The notes under the pieces are model-generated. The model had not been told where the DNA came from and did not search any database. It was given only the letters and a program-made list of their open reading frames with translations. The position numbers and the translations under genes were made by a program. A stretch of DNA of 64,000 nucleotides from the NCBI RefSeq assembly GCF_965601775.1, contig NZ_OZ271837.1:2374990-2438989 (forward strand), in the 5' to 3' direction. This DNA is from Flagellimonas sp. Lineage in GTDB: Bacteria > Bacteroidota > Bacteroidia > Flavobacteriales > Flavobacteriaceae. Below, piece by piece: positions 8,392-17,601 of the stretch (positions within the stretch are counted from its first letter, which is position 1; each line of letters opens with the position of its first letter).

Positions 8392-8464
8392 ATCTTAATT
8401 GTTTGAAGGCTAAAAATAGGGAAAATAATTCGAGATATAAATGTTAATAATATGTTAATTTATA

Positions 8465-8506
8465 GTACTTTGTTTTGCATAGTACCATCTTTTGGATATA
8501 TATTTG
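8465..8506 (+). promoter_or_regulatory. Promoter (-33 TTTG 8474-8477, -7 TATATTTG 8499-8506) with an overlapping GTACT-N11-AGTAC inverted repeat, putative PadR operator
   Basis: Consensus Bacteroidetes spacing of 21 nt; the palindrome straddles the -33 element upstream of an operon containing padR. Confidence 0.55.
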
Positions 8507-8561
8507 CATCGTAAGCTAATGGGTAAACCCATATAATTGTTAAAAATCATCAATCAAAAAC

Positions 8562-9044
8562 ATGGCAGCTACATTAACCAAACATGAGAGAAATTTGTCG
8601 GCAATCATACATGCCTCCACTTTTTCGAAGTACTTTATTCCTTTCGGCAACTTCATATTTCCATTGATTTTATGGACGGCCAATAAGAAAGAATATGAAT
8701 TTGTGGACTATAACGGAAAGCAGGCCCTTAACTTTCAAATTAGCATGTTGTTGTACTCCGTAGTGGTAAGCTTAATCACCATACCATTCTTTATCGGATT
8801 TCTGCCTGACCTTTTCGATTGGAATTTTTTAGGAATTCATCGCCTAAGTGATCTCAATAATCTAAACATCCATATCAGCAGTGACGACTTCAGATTTGGA
8901 CGCTTGTTTTGGCCCGCAGGTATTTCGGGTTTATTGCATGTAGGTTTGGTTATCATTAATGTGGTATATACCATATTGGCAACCATTAGAACCAATGAAG
9001 GGCAAACGTTTAAATATCCGTTGACCATTAAATTCATCAAATAA
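8562..9044 (+). CDS. DUF4870 membrane protein
   Basis: HASTFSKYFIPFGNFIFPLILW, GKQALNFQISMLLY, FKYPLTIKFIK. Confidence 0.85.
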   Translation: MAATLTKHERNLSAIIHASTFSKYFIPFGNFIFPLILWTANKKEYEFVDYNGKQALNFQISMLLYSVVVSLITIPFFIGFLPDLFDWNFLGIHRLSDLNNLNIHISSDDFRFGRLFWPAGISGLLHVGLVIINVVYTILATIRTNEGQTFKYPLTIKFIK

Positions 9045-9165
9045 GTATATAAAGGAGTTTATTTATCAATCAAAAAACGAATCATCAATTAAATCATCAT
9101 CAATCAACAACAAATTGAATCATCAATTAAAAAACGAACAGTTAACAAAATAGAACCATGACGAT

Positions 9166-9495
9166 ATGAACATAGAAAACACAAAAGCGCAAATGCGAAA
9201 AGGGGTTCTAGAGTACTGTATTCTGTCAATATTAAAGGATAGTGATAAATACGCTTCAGAAATTCTGGGAGCGTTAAAAGATGCCAAGATGCTAGTAGTG
9301 GAAGGCACCATTTATCCCTTATTGACCAGACTTAAGAATGCAGGACTACTGAATTATCGCTGGGAAGAGTCCACTTCCGGACCTCCCCGAAAGTATTATG
9401 CACTCACGGAAACGGGACATCTGTTCTTAAACGAACTCAACGGTACCTGGGATGAACTAAGAAATGCAGTAAATCTGGTAACCAACACAAAATAA
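9166..9495 (+). CDS. PadR family transcriptional regulator
   Basis: QMRKGVLEYCIL, VVEGTIYPLLTRL, WEESTSGPPRKYY. Confidence 0.92.
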   Translation: MNIENTKAQMRKGVLEYCILSILKDSDKYASEILGALKDAKMLVVEGTIYPLLTRLKNAGLLNYRWEESTSGPPRKYYALTETGHLFLNELNGTWDELRNAVNLVTNTK

Positions 9496-9503
9496 CATCA
9501 ACA

Positions 9504-11234
9504 ATGAACAAAACAGTAAATATAAATTTAGCGAACACGCTCTTCCACATAGACGACGACGCTTACAACAAGTTGAGGCGCTATTTGGAATCCATAAAAC
9601 GTTCCTTTGACGGAACTGCAGGGAGCGATGAAATCATTGCCGATATAGAGGCAAGGGTTGCCGAGCTTTTCTTGGAAAAAATGGAGAATGAAAGGCAGGT
9701 AATCACACACAAAGAAGTAGATGCGGTAATTGCCGTAATGGGTCAGCCAGAAGACTATATGGTAGACGAAGATATCTTTGAGGACCAACCTAGAAGAAAA
9801 GAAACATCCACCAGACGGACCAAAAAACTGTACCGGGATATTGACCAAAAGTATATTGGTGGGGTATGTGCTGGATTGGAACACTATCTTGGCATAGATG
9901 CCTTGTGGATTCGTTTGATTTTCATCCTATTGGCCGTTTTCACCGGTTTCGGACTTATTGCCTACATCCTGTTGTGGATTTTGGTACCTGAAGCCGCCAC
10001 AACCTCCCAAAAATTGGACATGACGGGGGAGCCCATCAACATCAGCAATATAGAACGCAAAGTTAAAGAGGGGTTTGATGATGTTGCGGACACGGTAAAA
10101 AATGTTGACTACGAACAAGTGGGCAACAAGGTCAAAAGCGGCTCCAAGACCTTTTTCGACACCATAGGTGAAATCATTGTGTTCTTGTTCAAAGTGTTTG
10201 GCAAGTTCATTGGCGTACTTCTTATCATTATTGGTGCATCCACACTAATTGGATTATTTATAGCACTATTTACTGTCGGTATGTTCAATGCGGTGAATTT
10301 CCCAGGAGTGGATTTCTACGAGATTGTGAACACCACGGGAGCTCCAGTATGGTTGGTTTCACTGTTAATGTTCTTTGCCATTGGGATACCTTTCTTTTTC
10401 CTGATGTATTTGGGCTTGAAGATTTTGGTTAACAACCTGAAATCCATAGGTAACATTGCCAAGTTCTCCTTATTGGGACTTTGGCTGATCTCCATCGGAA
10501 CCTTATTTGCCCTTGGGGTTAGACAAGCAGCTGAGTTTGCCAATGTGGGTAGCGTAAATGTTAAGGATGAATTGGTCATGGAAAATCCATCAGACACCTT
10601 GGTCATTAGAATGAATAATTCCGCTTTCGATTACGACCGTGGAGATGTACACTTTGGACGTATGACCTTTGCCTACGATGAGAATGATAAACGTTTCCTG
10701 CTTTCGGATGATGTTCGGTTCAAAATCAGAAAATCAGAAGATAGCCTAGTCAAAATCAACATTAGAAAAGATTCTCATGGAAGCACTACCGTTAAAGCCA
10801 GGGAACGGGCAAAGAATATTAATTACGGATATGAATTGAATCAGGGAGAGGTGGTCTTGAACGACCACCTTACCACTGACCTATCCAACAAAGCACGTGA
10901 TCAAGAAGTTACTACCACCATTTACATTCCTGCTGGAAAAGTAATTCATGTGGATGAATCAACTTACGGACATGTGGGAAGGGGCATTAAAAATGACCAA
11001 AACTATTATCGAAGTGGGGTTGTGGACCATCTTTGGATCATGGGTGAGGACGGTGAACTTAAATGTCAAGACTGTCCAGAAGACGAATCTGTTGATGAAG
11101 ATGAAGAAGGAGGAAAGATTATCATTGACGGAGATGGAGTGGATATTGACATAAAAGACAATTCCGATTCATTCAAAATGAAGATAGACGAAGACGGCAT
11201 CCAAATTAAGGCAGGTGAAAAGAATGACAATTGA
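9504..11234 (+). CDS. PspC domain-containing membrane protein (Bacteroidetes long form)
   Basis: MNKTVNINL...IIADIEARVAELF; PspC core KKLYRDIDQKYIGGVCAGLEHYLGID..WIRL; several TM helices; C-terminal CQDC and acidic tail. Confidence 0.88.
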   Translation: MNKTVNINLANTLFHIDDDAYNKLRRYLESIKRSFDGTAGSDEIIADIEARVAELFLEKMENERQVITHKEVDAVIAVMGQPEDYMVDEDIFEDQPRRKETSTRRTKKLYRDIDQKYIGGVCAGLEHYLGIDALWIRLIFILLAVFTGFGLIAYILLWILVPEAATTSQKLDMTGEPINISNIERKVKEGFDDVADTVKNVDYEQVGNKVKSGSKTFFDTIGEIIVFLFKVFGKFIGVLLIIIGASTLIGLFIALFTVGMFNAVNFPGVDFYEIVNTTGAPVWLVSLLMFFAIGIPFFFLMYLGLKILVNNLKSIGNIAKFSLLGLWLISIGTLFALGVRQAAEFANVGSVNVKDELVMENPSDTLVIRMNNSAFDYDRGDVHFGRMTFAYDENDKRFLLSDDVRFKIRKSEDSLVKINIRKDSHGSTTVKARERAKNINYGYELNQGEVVLNDHLTTDLSNKARDQEVTTTIYIPAGKVIHVDESTYGHVGRGIKNDQNYYRSGVVDHLWIMGEDGELKCQDCPEDESVDEDEEGGKIIIDGDGVDIDIKDNSDSFKMKIDEDGIQIKAGEKNDN

Positions 11235-11321
11235 GCCTATCAATACAACAATTGAGTAAAATCAACTAGCAAAACAAAAAAGAAAACAACAAATTTGATC
11301 AATCATTAAAAGAAAACAATC

Positions 11322-12044
11322 ATGACAACACTAGCAAGAATCGCAATCGCAGTTATACTGGCTATTTTGGCCTCTTCCTGCAATTTTGACATCAACTTCG
11401 GCAACGGAAAGAAAGGAAACGGCGTAGTTGTAGAAGAAACCCGAAATATTTCTGAGGATTTCACTGCGGTTTCCGCCGCGGAAGGCCTAGATGTATTTGT
11501 TACCCAAGACAACGAATTTAGTATTTCGGTTGAAGCGGACGAAAATGTAATCGACCTTATTGCTACGGATATTAGGGATGGAAAACTGCGTATACATACG
11601 ACCGAAAATATAGGAAGGGCGACCAAGAAAATCTATGTTTCTCTACCTCAAATTGATAAATTGAGCACCTCTAGTGGAGCGGACTTAATAGCGCAAAACG
11701 TAATACGTACGGATAAATTGGAACTTGATGCCAGTAGTGGTTCTGATTTACATGTTGAACTCAGTGCTTCTGAAGTGGAAGCGGATGCGAGTAGTGGAGC
11801 AGATATCAAATTGTCGGGAAGAGCGGATATGCTTTATGTAGATGCCAGCAGTGGTGCAGATATTAGAGCTCGAGAGTTGGAGGTTAAAAAATGTAACGCA
11901 GAGGCCAGTAGTGGCTCGGATATCTCAGTTAATGTTTCAGAATCCTTGATTGCGGACGCCAGCAGCGGAGCTGATATTTCCTATACAGGAGAAGCCAGCG
12001 TCCAAAAGAAGAAATCAGTTTCGGGAAGCGTGCATAAATATTAA
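11322..12044 (+). CDS. Head GIN domain (DUF2807) lipoprotein
   Basis: Lipobox LASSC; repeated ASSGADI/ASSGSDL beta-helix motifs. Confidence 0.88.
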   Translation: MTTLARIAIAVILAILASSCNFDINFGNGKKGNGVVVEETRNISEDFTAVSAAEGLDVFVTQDNEFSISVEADENVIDLIATDIRDGKLRIHTTENIGRATKKIYVSLPQIDKLSTSSGADLIAQNVIRTDKLELDASSGSDLHVELSASEVEADASSGADIKLSGRADMLYVDASSGADIRARELEVKKCNAEASSGSDISVNVSESLIADASSGADISYTGEASVQKKKSVSGSVHKY

Positions 12045-12115
12045 AAAGCGTTTTTTAGCAGCGTTTCAGAGCATGGCATTTTAGCGTTATTCAACTAAAC
12101 AAACCAAACCATGCC

Positions 12116-12147
12116 AAAAAGGCCCAGAGGTATTCTGGGCCTTTTTT
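12116..12147 (+). terminator. Intrinsic terminator of the padR-pspC-GIN operon
   Basis: AAAAAGGCCCAGA-GGTAT-TCTGGGCCTTTTTT. Confidence 0.85.
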
Positions 12148-12242
12148 CATATTGTCAATATAATTTCCTGTTTTTTAAACATTTAATAAAAATTATTGTA
12201 CCTTATTAGTGAAATATCACCAATAATCTTAAACACACCACC

Positions 12243-12689
12243 ATGAAGAAAATACTCGGATTGATTTTTTTGATGCTCTTTTTGGTTTCAGCGACGAAAT
12301 GGGCTTCACCTAAACCTGAATCTTTTCACTCCATTGAAGGAACTTGGGAGCTGGAAAGTTTTTATAGTTTTGATGGTCAAGATATCACTGATACCATTCC
12401 CAAAGCGGACGGTTATCGCCAGGTTAAAATGTACTCGAGGGGAAAAATTATGTGGACGCGCTACGTTCCGGATGAACCCAACGGGAGGTTTGGTTACGGT
12501 TCCTATCGGATTACTGAAAATGAGCTCATTGAGACTATTGAATATGGGGATGATGGTATGATGAAAGCTTTGGATACCATGCGAAATTTCACCTTTGAAT
12601 TAATTTTAAAAGAGGACACTTTTAGTCAAATCACTTTGGATGAAGAAGGCAACCGTACCTCTTCCGAGAACTACAAGCGTATAGACTGA
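12243..12689 (+). CDS. Secreted lipocalin-like hypothetical protein
   Basis: Signal peptide, then the IEGTWELES lipocalin-type motif and a beta-rich body. Confidence 0.65.
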   Translation: MKKILGLIFLMLFLVSATKWASPKPESFHSIEGTWELESFYSFDGQDITDTIPKADGYRQVKMYSRGKIMWTRYVPDEPNGRFGYGSYRITENELIETIEYGDDGMMKALDTMRNFTFELILKEDTFSQITLDEEGNRTSSENYKRID

Positions 12690-12714
12690 AAACAAATAAT
12701 AACCAACTAAAATG

Positions 12715-12740
12715 AAAAAGGCACCCTAGGGTGCCTTTTT
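12715..12740. terminator. Bidirectional terminator (perfect 26-bp palindrome)
   Basis: AAAAAGGCACCCTAGGGTGCCTTTTT between convergent genes. Confidence 0.85.
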
Positions 12741-12762
12741 GTCTTTCAAGTTACGCAGTCTG

Positions 12763-13731
12763 TTAAGACACAACAGCCTCTTTTGAATCCACCATAGCTA
12801 AGTATCGCTCGGCATCAAGAGCAGCCATACAACCTGTACCCGCTGCGGTAATGGCCTGTCTATATTCTTTATCTTGAACATCTCCACTTGCAAACACTCC
12901 AGGCTTGCTGGTTTTTGTGGATTTACCCTCGGTAATTACGTAACCGGTTTCATCCATTTCCAACTGTCCTTTAAAAATGTCGGTATTGGGTTTATGTCCG
13001 ATGGCAATGAATAATCCTGTGATTTCAATTTCTTCCTTCTCACCGGTTTGGTTGTTTACCATACGTAAACCCTCTACAACCTGATCACCAATGACCTCAT
13101 CCACTTCTGTATTGTATCGGATTTCAATGTTCTCCAAACTGTTCACCCTATGCTGCATGGCCTTTGAAGCTCGCATGTGATCTTTTCTAACCAACATAGT
13201 CACCTTTTTACAGATATTGGCCAAGTAAGAAGCTTCCTCAGCAGCCGTGTCTCCCCCGCCAACTATCGCTACTTCCTGTCCTTTATAAAAGAAGCCATCA
13301 CAAACGGCACAAGCGGATACTCCTCCACCTCTTAACTTTTGTTCACTCGGAATATTCAAATATTTGGCCGAAGCTCCCGTAGAAATAATAACCGTTTCTG
13401 CCTCAATCACTTTGGAATTATCAATAGTAACTTTATGTATACCACCTGGTTCATCGCTCAAATCCACGGCGGTGGCCATACCTATGCGAACATCGGTCCC
13501 AAATCGTTCAGCCTGTTGCTGAAGCTGTACCATCATGGTTGGTCCATCAATTCCTTCAGGATAGCCAGGGAAATTATCCACTTCGGTTGTGGTAGTTAAT
13601 TGCCCCCCAGGTTCCATCCCTGTATAAAGTACTGGTTTTAAATCGGCTCTTGCCGCATAAATGGCAGCAGTGTAGCCCGCAGGTCCTGAGCCAATTATCA
13701 AAGTTTTCATTCTTTCTATTTCTTCTGACAT
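12763..13731 (-). CDS. trxB: Thioredoxin-disulfide reductase
   Basis: IIGSGPAGYTAAIY, GGQLTTTTEVDNFPG, CAVC redox motif, GGGDTAAEEA, GDVQDKEYRQAITAAGTG. Confidence 0.97.
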   Translation of the reverse strand: MSEEIERMKTLIIGSGPAGYTAAIYAARADLKPVLYTGMEPGGQLTTTTEVDNFPGYPEGIDGPTMMVQLQQQAERFGTDVRIGMATAVDLSDEPGGIHKVTIDNSKVIEAETVIISTGASAKYLNIPSEQKLRGGGVSACAVCDGFFYKGQEVAIVGGGDTAAEEASYLANICKKVTMLVRKDHMRASKAMQHRVNSLENIEIRYNTEVDEVIGDQVVEGLRMVNNQTGEKEEIEITGLFIAIGHKPNTDIFKGQLEMDETGYVITEGKSTKTSKPGVFASGDVQDKEYRQAITAAGTGCMAALDAERYLAMVDSKEAVVS

Positions 13732-13761
13732 AACCTAATCTTCGTGTATAAGTTGTTACTA

Positions 13762-13769
13762 CAAAAGTA
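13762..13769 (-). promoter_or_regulatory. -7 promoter element of trxB
   Basis: Minus strand TACTTTTG, 30 nt before the ATG. Confidence 0.55.
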
Positions 13770-13870
13770 GCTTTTTTGACCAAAAACTTACAGTTGAATG
13801 TGATAGTTTGTCAACATGAGTATTGGATAACCTTAAAGCATATTTTTATTCCAAAAAAGAGTATCCCAAT

Positions 13871-13904
13871 AAAAAAGAGCCACTTTGGGGTGCAGCTCTT
13901 TTTT
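13871..13904. terminator. Terminator-like inverted repeat with U tracts on both strands
   Basis: AAAAAAGAGC-CACTTTGGGGTGCA-GCTCTTTTTT. Confidence 0.7.
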
Positions 13905-14329
13905 AAATAGACACGTAGATTAAGTCAAAAAAATATCGCGGGTTCAAAACCGTTACAACCAAGGAGCTCAACCTCAAAACCCCTTGGTGTAACGTAAATC
14001 TTCATCGATCAGTTATTTAGGTAAAGAACACATATTTGGAGCTCAAATATTACCGCTGATGTATTGACAAAGATTTGATGAACTAATTGTAATTATTGAT
14101 TACTTCGTAAACTTACTGTGCAGGAAAGAGGAATACGGGGGAGAATTAATAGATGACCGTTCTCCTTTAACGAATAGTGGTTTTGGATCAATACAATTTC
14201 AAACCAGAAAATGCTTATTCCATTTCAAGGTTTTATAAAAACATTGTCCTTTAAATGTTGAGATTTTTCATTTTACTTAGACTTCAGTACCGCTTCCTGA
14301 AACCAACGAAATCAGGCAGATTGAATCTA

Positions 14330-14357
14330 ATGAAACCTACTGCTTACTAGGTTTCAT
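14330..14357. terminator. Perfect 10-bp hairpin downstream of the EthD-like gene
   Basis: ATGAAACCTA-CTGCTTAC-TAGGTTTCAT; U tract is weak. Confidence 0.45.
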
Positions 14358-14384
14358 GTTTGAAAGTAGAAGAACTGGAGAGGA

Positions 14385-14792
14385 CTATTGGACTACCTCA
14401 CTGATGAGCACAACGGGCTGAATGTTGGTATAATTTGGAATATCACTTAGAATCTTTTCAGCATTTGGTCCAAAAACATTTTGGTAATCCGCCAGAGTGT
14501 CAAAGTAGAAATAACCGGCAGCCAAACAGGGTGCGGGTTCATCTGGGGTTCTTCCCGATATACCTTTGTCAATCTGCATAAACTTCAGGGCGTCACCAAA
14601 CAAACCTGCGACCATGGGCATGTGCTTGGTTGAATAGTACTCCATATCAAAAGTTTTTCCTTCATCATTCGGGTAAAGTATGGCCACTTTGACCATCCCT
14701 TTTTCAATTTTTGAAATGTTCGAAGTTGTACTCTGCTGAAAACTGGTAAGTGTAGCTACAATAAGAAAAAGAAGGATGACTTTTGTTTTCAA
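14385..14792 (-). CDS. EthD family protein with a signal-peptide-like N-terminus
   Basis: VKVAILYPNDEGKTFDMEYYSTKHMPMV...ILSDIPNYTNIQPVVLISEV. Confidence 0.8.
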   Translation of the reverse strand: MKTKVILLFLIVATLTSFQQSTTSNISKIEKGMVKVAILYPNDEGKTFDMEYYSTKHMPMVAGLFGDALKFMQIDKGISGRTPDEPAPCLAAGYFYFDTLADYQNVFGPNAEKILSDIPNYTNIQPVVLISEVVQ

Positions 14793-14984
14793 TTCGTTAG
14801 GATTTAAGGATTAAGTAAACGGATTTTTGATTGCTTAATTTACAAAAATTAGGGTTTGTTCGATTCAGTCCTTTGTTTGCTGTTAGTGTGTAAAGTAATG
14901 TTTGTATGGCTTTCCGTCTCTTTGTAAGTAACCATAAGGTTAAAATTATAATATCCTTAACATATATTCCCTATCGAAATCTTC

Positions 14985-14992
14985 TAGATTTG
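14985..14992 (+). promoter_or_regulatory. -7 promoter element immediately before the GTG at 15000 (leaderless or near-leaderless transcript)
   Basis: TAGATTTG, 7 nt upstream of the start codon. Confidence 0.55.
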
Positions 14993-14999
14993 TGATATT

Positions 15000-15314
15000 G
15001 TGAACGTTGGAATTAAACATATAGGTACGCTGCTGTTTACAGGCCTGCTTCTTCTAAAGGTTTCTGCGTTCCATGTTTATGAACACCATGACAAACACGA
15101 GGACAAAACCCACGAACATGAAAATGAGTGTGAGCTTTGTTTTCTAACTTTCTTTTTTCAGCAATCGGATATTTTAACCGCTGATTTTGATAGCATCCAG
15201 ACGAAGGTAGTTAGTCCTGTGTTCCAAGACCCAATTATTACCTTAGATTCTTTGGTGTTATCCGGATTATGGGAAACTTATTTCTTGTCTAGGCCGCCAC
15301 CTTCCTTATCGTAA
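15000..15314 (+). CDS. Small His-rich/CxxC membrane-anchored protein ending in RPPP (DUF2946/CruR/CutF-like leader peptide)
   Basis: N-terminal hydrophobic helix, HVYEHHDKHEDKTHEHENECELC, C-terminal LSRPPPSLS. Confidence 0.7.
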   Translation: MNVGIKHIGTLLFTGLLLLKVSAFHVYEHHDKHEDKTHEHENECELCFLTFFFQQSDILTADFDSIQTKVVSPVFQDPIITLDSLVLSGLWETYFLSRPPPSLS

Positions 15315-15479
15315 CCCAAAGTTTAAAAGTATCAGCCTTTCTATTCAAGGCATAGGTCCAAATCACTTTTGATTATCTATTCAAGTGGATTAACCATACA
15401 ACTACTACGCTTGAACTCCATGGTTTTATTTATACCACCATGAAATGAGGATTTCCAAACATAGTTCATATACAAACCG

Positions 15480-16196
15480 ATGATTATAACGAACAATCTT
15501 ACAAAAAAATACGGTGACCAAACGGCACTTGATAAACTGAACATGAACATTAAGGAGGGCGACATTTATTGTCTTCTTGGGGCAAATGGTGCCGGTAAGA
15601 CCACAACCATTAACCTCCTACTTGGGTTTATAGAACCTTCTTCTGGAAGTGCTTTTATCAATCAAATGAATGTCCATGAAAACCTAAAGGCGACAAAGCG
15701 ATTTCTAGCCTATATTCCAGAAAATCTAATGTTGTACCCTAGCCTATCCGCCATGGAAAATTTAGAGTACTTCTCGGGAATCGCGGGTAAAAAGCTTTCA
15801 AAAGAGCAGCTGGGAGCATTTCTGGACGAATCTGGACTGCAATCGGAAGCTTTCCAAAAGCGAATTTCCACTTTTTCCAAAGGAATGCGGCAAAAGGTAG
15901 GTATAGCCATTGCTTTGGCGAAAGATGCCAAAGTGTTGCTGTTGGATGAGCCTACGTCTGGTTTAGACCCCAAAGCCAGCAACGAATTTGGTTTGCTGTT
16001 ACAAAAACTACGCGCCAAAGGAGTAGCCACGCTTATGGCTACTCATGACCTCTTTCGAGCCAAGGAGGTAGCCACCCATATTGGAATCATGAAAGACGGT
16101 CAATTGAAACAGGAAATGGTTGCTGCTGATATTTCACTTCAAGATTTGGAAAAGGCCTACCTCAATACCATGGAATATAAAGAATTGGCGTTATGA
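15480..16196 (+). CDS. ABC transporter ATP-binding protein
   Basis: Walker A GANGAGKTT, signature FSKGMRQKV, Walker B LLLDEPTSGLD. Confidence 0.95.
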   Translation: MIITNNLTKKYGDQTALDKLNMNIKEGDIYCLLGANGAGKTTTINLLLGFIEPSSGSAFINQMNVHENLKATKRFLAYIPENLMLYPSLSAMENLEYFSGIAGKKLSKEQLGAFLDESGLQSEAFQKRISTFSKGMRQKVGIAIALAKDAKVLLLDEPTSGLDPKASNEFGLLLQKLRAKGVATLMATHDLFRAKEVATHIGIMKDGQLKQEMVAADISLQDLEKAYLNTMEYKELAL

Positions 16197-17599
16197 TTTT
16201 CAAGACTTTTCTAAAAGAAACCAAAGAACTTTTTCGAGAGGGTCGAGTGCGTATTTCTCTCATTATTGTCCTCTTTCTGTTGGGTATCGCCGTTTGGATA
16301 AGTACCAAGCAATACCAAAACATAAACGAGCAGTATGCCACAGCAACCAATATTGAGCGTGGATTGTGGGATAACCAAGGAGAAAAAAATCCGCATTCTG
16401 CTGCACATTATGGCACTTATGCTTTTAAACCCAAATACCCTTTGTCCTTAGTGGACCAAGGGGTTGATAAATATGCTGGAACCTCTATTTTTCTGGAAGC
16501 CCACAAGCGAAATGAGGCACAATTCAGTGCTGCTACGGACCAAACCGGACTTGCTCGTTTTGGTGACCTTACTCCAGATTTCATCCTCTTATTTATTATA
16601 CCACTCTTAATAACCTTATTAGGCTATAACAGCTTTTCCAAAGAACGGGAAATGGGAACCCTTACTTTACTCAAGAGCCAGGGAATATCCAATTGGAAAT
16701 GGATGTTGGGCAAATGGCTTGCGCTATTCCTACCCGTTTTGGGCATTACATTCATTTTATTTCTGATAGCGGGGGTTTTGTTGTCCAATCTCAATGACTT
16801 TGGGGTATTTAATTGGGGATCGCTTTTTACGATGTTCCTAGTTTTTGTGGTTTACTATATGATTTTTACCAATATAGTACTACTCATTTCCGCAGTAGCC
16901 AAAAGGTCAGGCATTTCCCTGGTGGTTTCCCTTTGTGTTTGGATTATCGCCTGCTTGGCTGCTCCAAAAGCAGCTAGCAATATTGCTGAAAGCAAACATC
17001 CCTATCCCACCCGACAGGAATTCGCAGCCAATGTATTAAAAGATAAAAAAGAAGGCTTGGACGGTCACAACCCCTGGAGTAAGGAAGCAAAGCTTCTGGA
17101 GCAGCAGGTTTTACAGGAACATGGTGTGGACAGCCTTCATCAATTGCCCTTTAATTTTGATGCCTATCGTATGCAAAAGGGTGAAGAACATGAGGCTGAA
17201 GTTTATTTTAAGCATTACAATCATTTAAAAGACCAATTCGCACAACAATCGAAAGTGTACAGGGGCCTAGCGGCGATATCGCCCTATTTGCCCACTCGTT
17301 TTTTAAGCATGTCCATTGCGCATACAGATTACGCTACCCATTGGGATTTTGCCGATGCCGCAGAAGAATATCGAATTGCCACTCAAAAGTTCCTGAATGA
17401 CAATTTTGCCCAGAATTCTGAGTATGGCAATTGGAGGTATAAAGCTGATGCTAATTTTTGGAAGGATTTGCCTGCTTTTGAATACGACCCTCCGGAATTA
17501 CGTACTATTCTTTCCAGGAATTCTTCTAACCTTGTGATTATGGGAGTATGGTTTGCCGCCTCCTTTGGATTTCTTTTAGTATCAATCAAAAACGTATAA
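16193..17599 (+). CDS. ABC-2 type permease with DUF3526 domain (subunit 1)
   Basis: KNPHSAAHYG, EREMGTLTLLKSQ, multiple TM helices, large periplasmic loops; ATGA overlap with the ATPase. Confidence 0.85.
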   Translation: MIFKTFLKETKELFREGRVRISLIIVLFLLGIAVWISTKQYQNINEQYATATNIERGLWDNQGEKNPHSAAHYGTYAFKPKYPLSLVDQGVDKYAGTSIFLEAHKRNEAQFSAATDQTGLARFGDLTPDFILLFIIPLLITLLGYNSFSKEREMGTLTLLKSQGISNWKWMLGKWLALFLPVLGITFILFLIAGVLLSNLNDFGVFNWGSLFTMFLVFVVYYMIFTNIVLLISAVAKRSGISLVVSLCVWIIACLAAPKAASNIAESKHPYPTRQEFAANVLKDKKEGLDGHNPWSKEAKLLEQQVLQEHGVDSLHQLPFNFDAYRMQKGEEHEAEVYFKHYNHLKDQFAQQSKVYRGLAAISPYLPTRFLSMSIAHTDYATHWDFADAAEEYRIATQKFLNDNFAQNSEYGNWRYKADANFWKDLPAFEYDPPELRTILSRNSSNLVIMGVWFAASFGFLLVSIKNV

Positions 17600-17601
17600 T
17601 C

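Noticed and set aside
9072-9138. 15-bp direct repeat GAATCATCAATTAAA (9079-9093, 9117-9131) before padR
   Set aside because: A/C-rich low-complexity leader typical of Bacteroidetes translation initiation regions; no clear periodicity.
13937-13952. GCGGGTTCAAAACCG resembling a tRNA T arm
   Set aside because: The stem does not pair properly, and there is no acceptor or anticodon arm.
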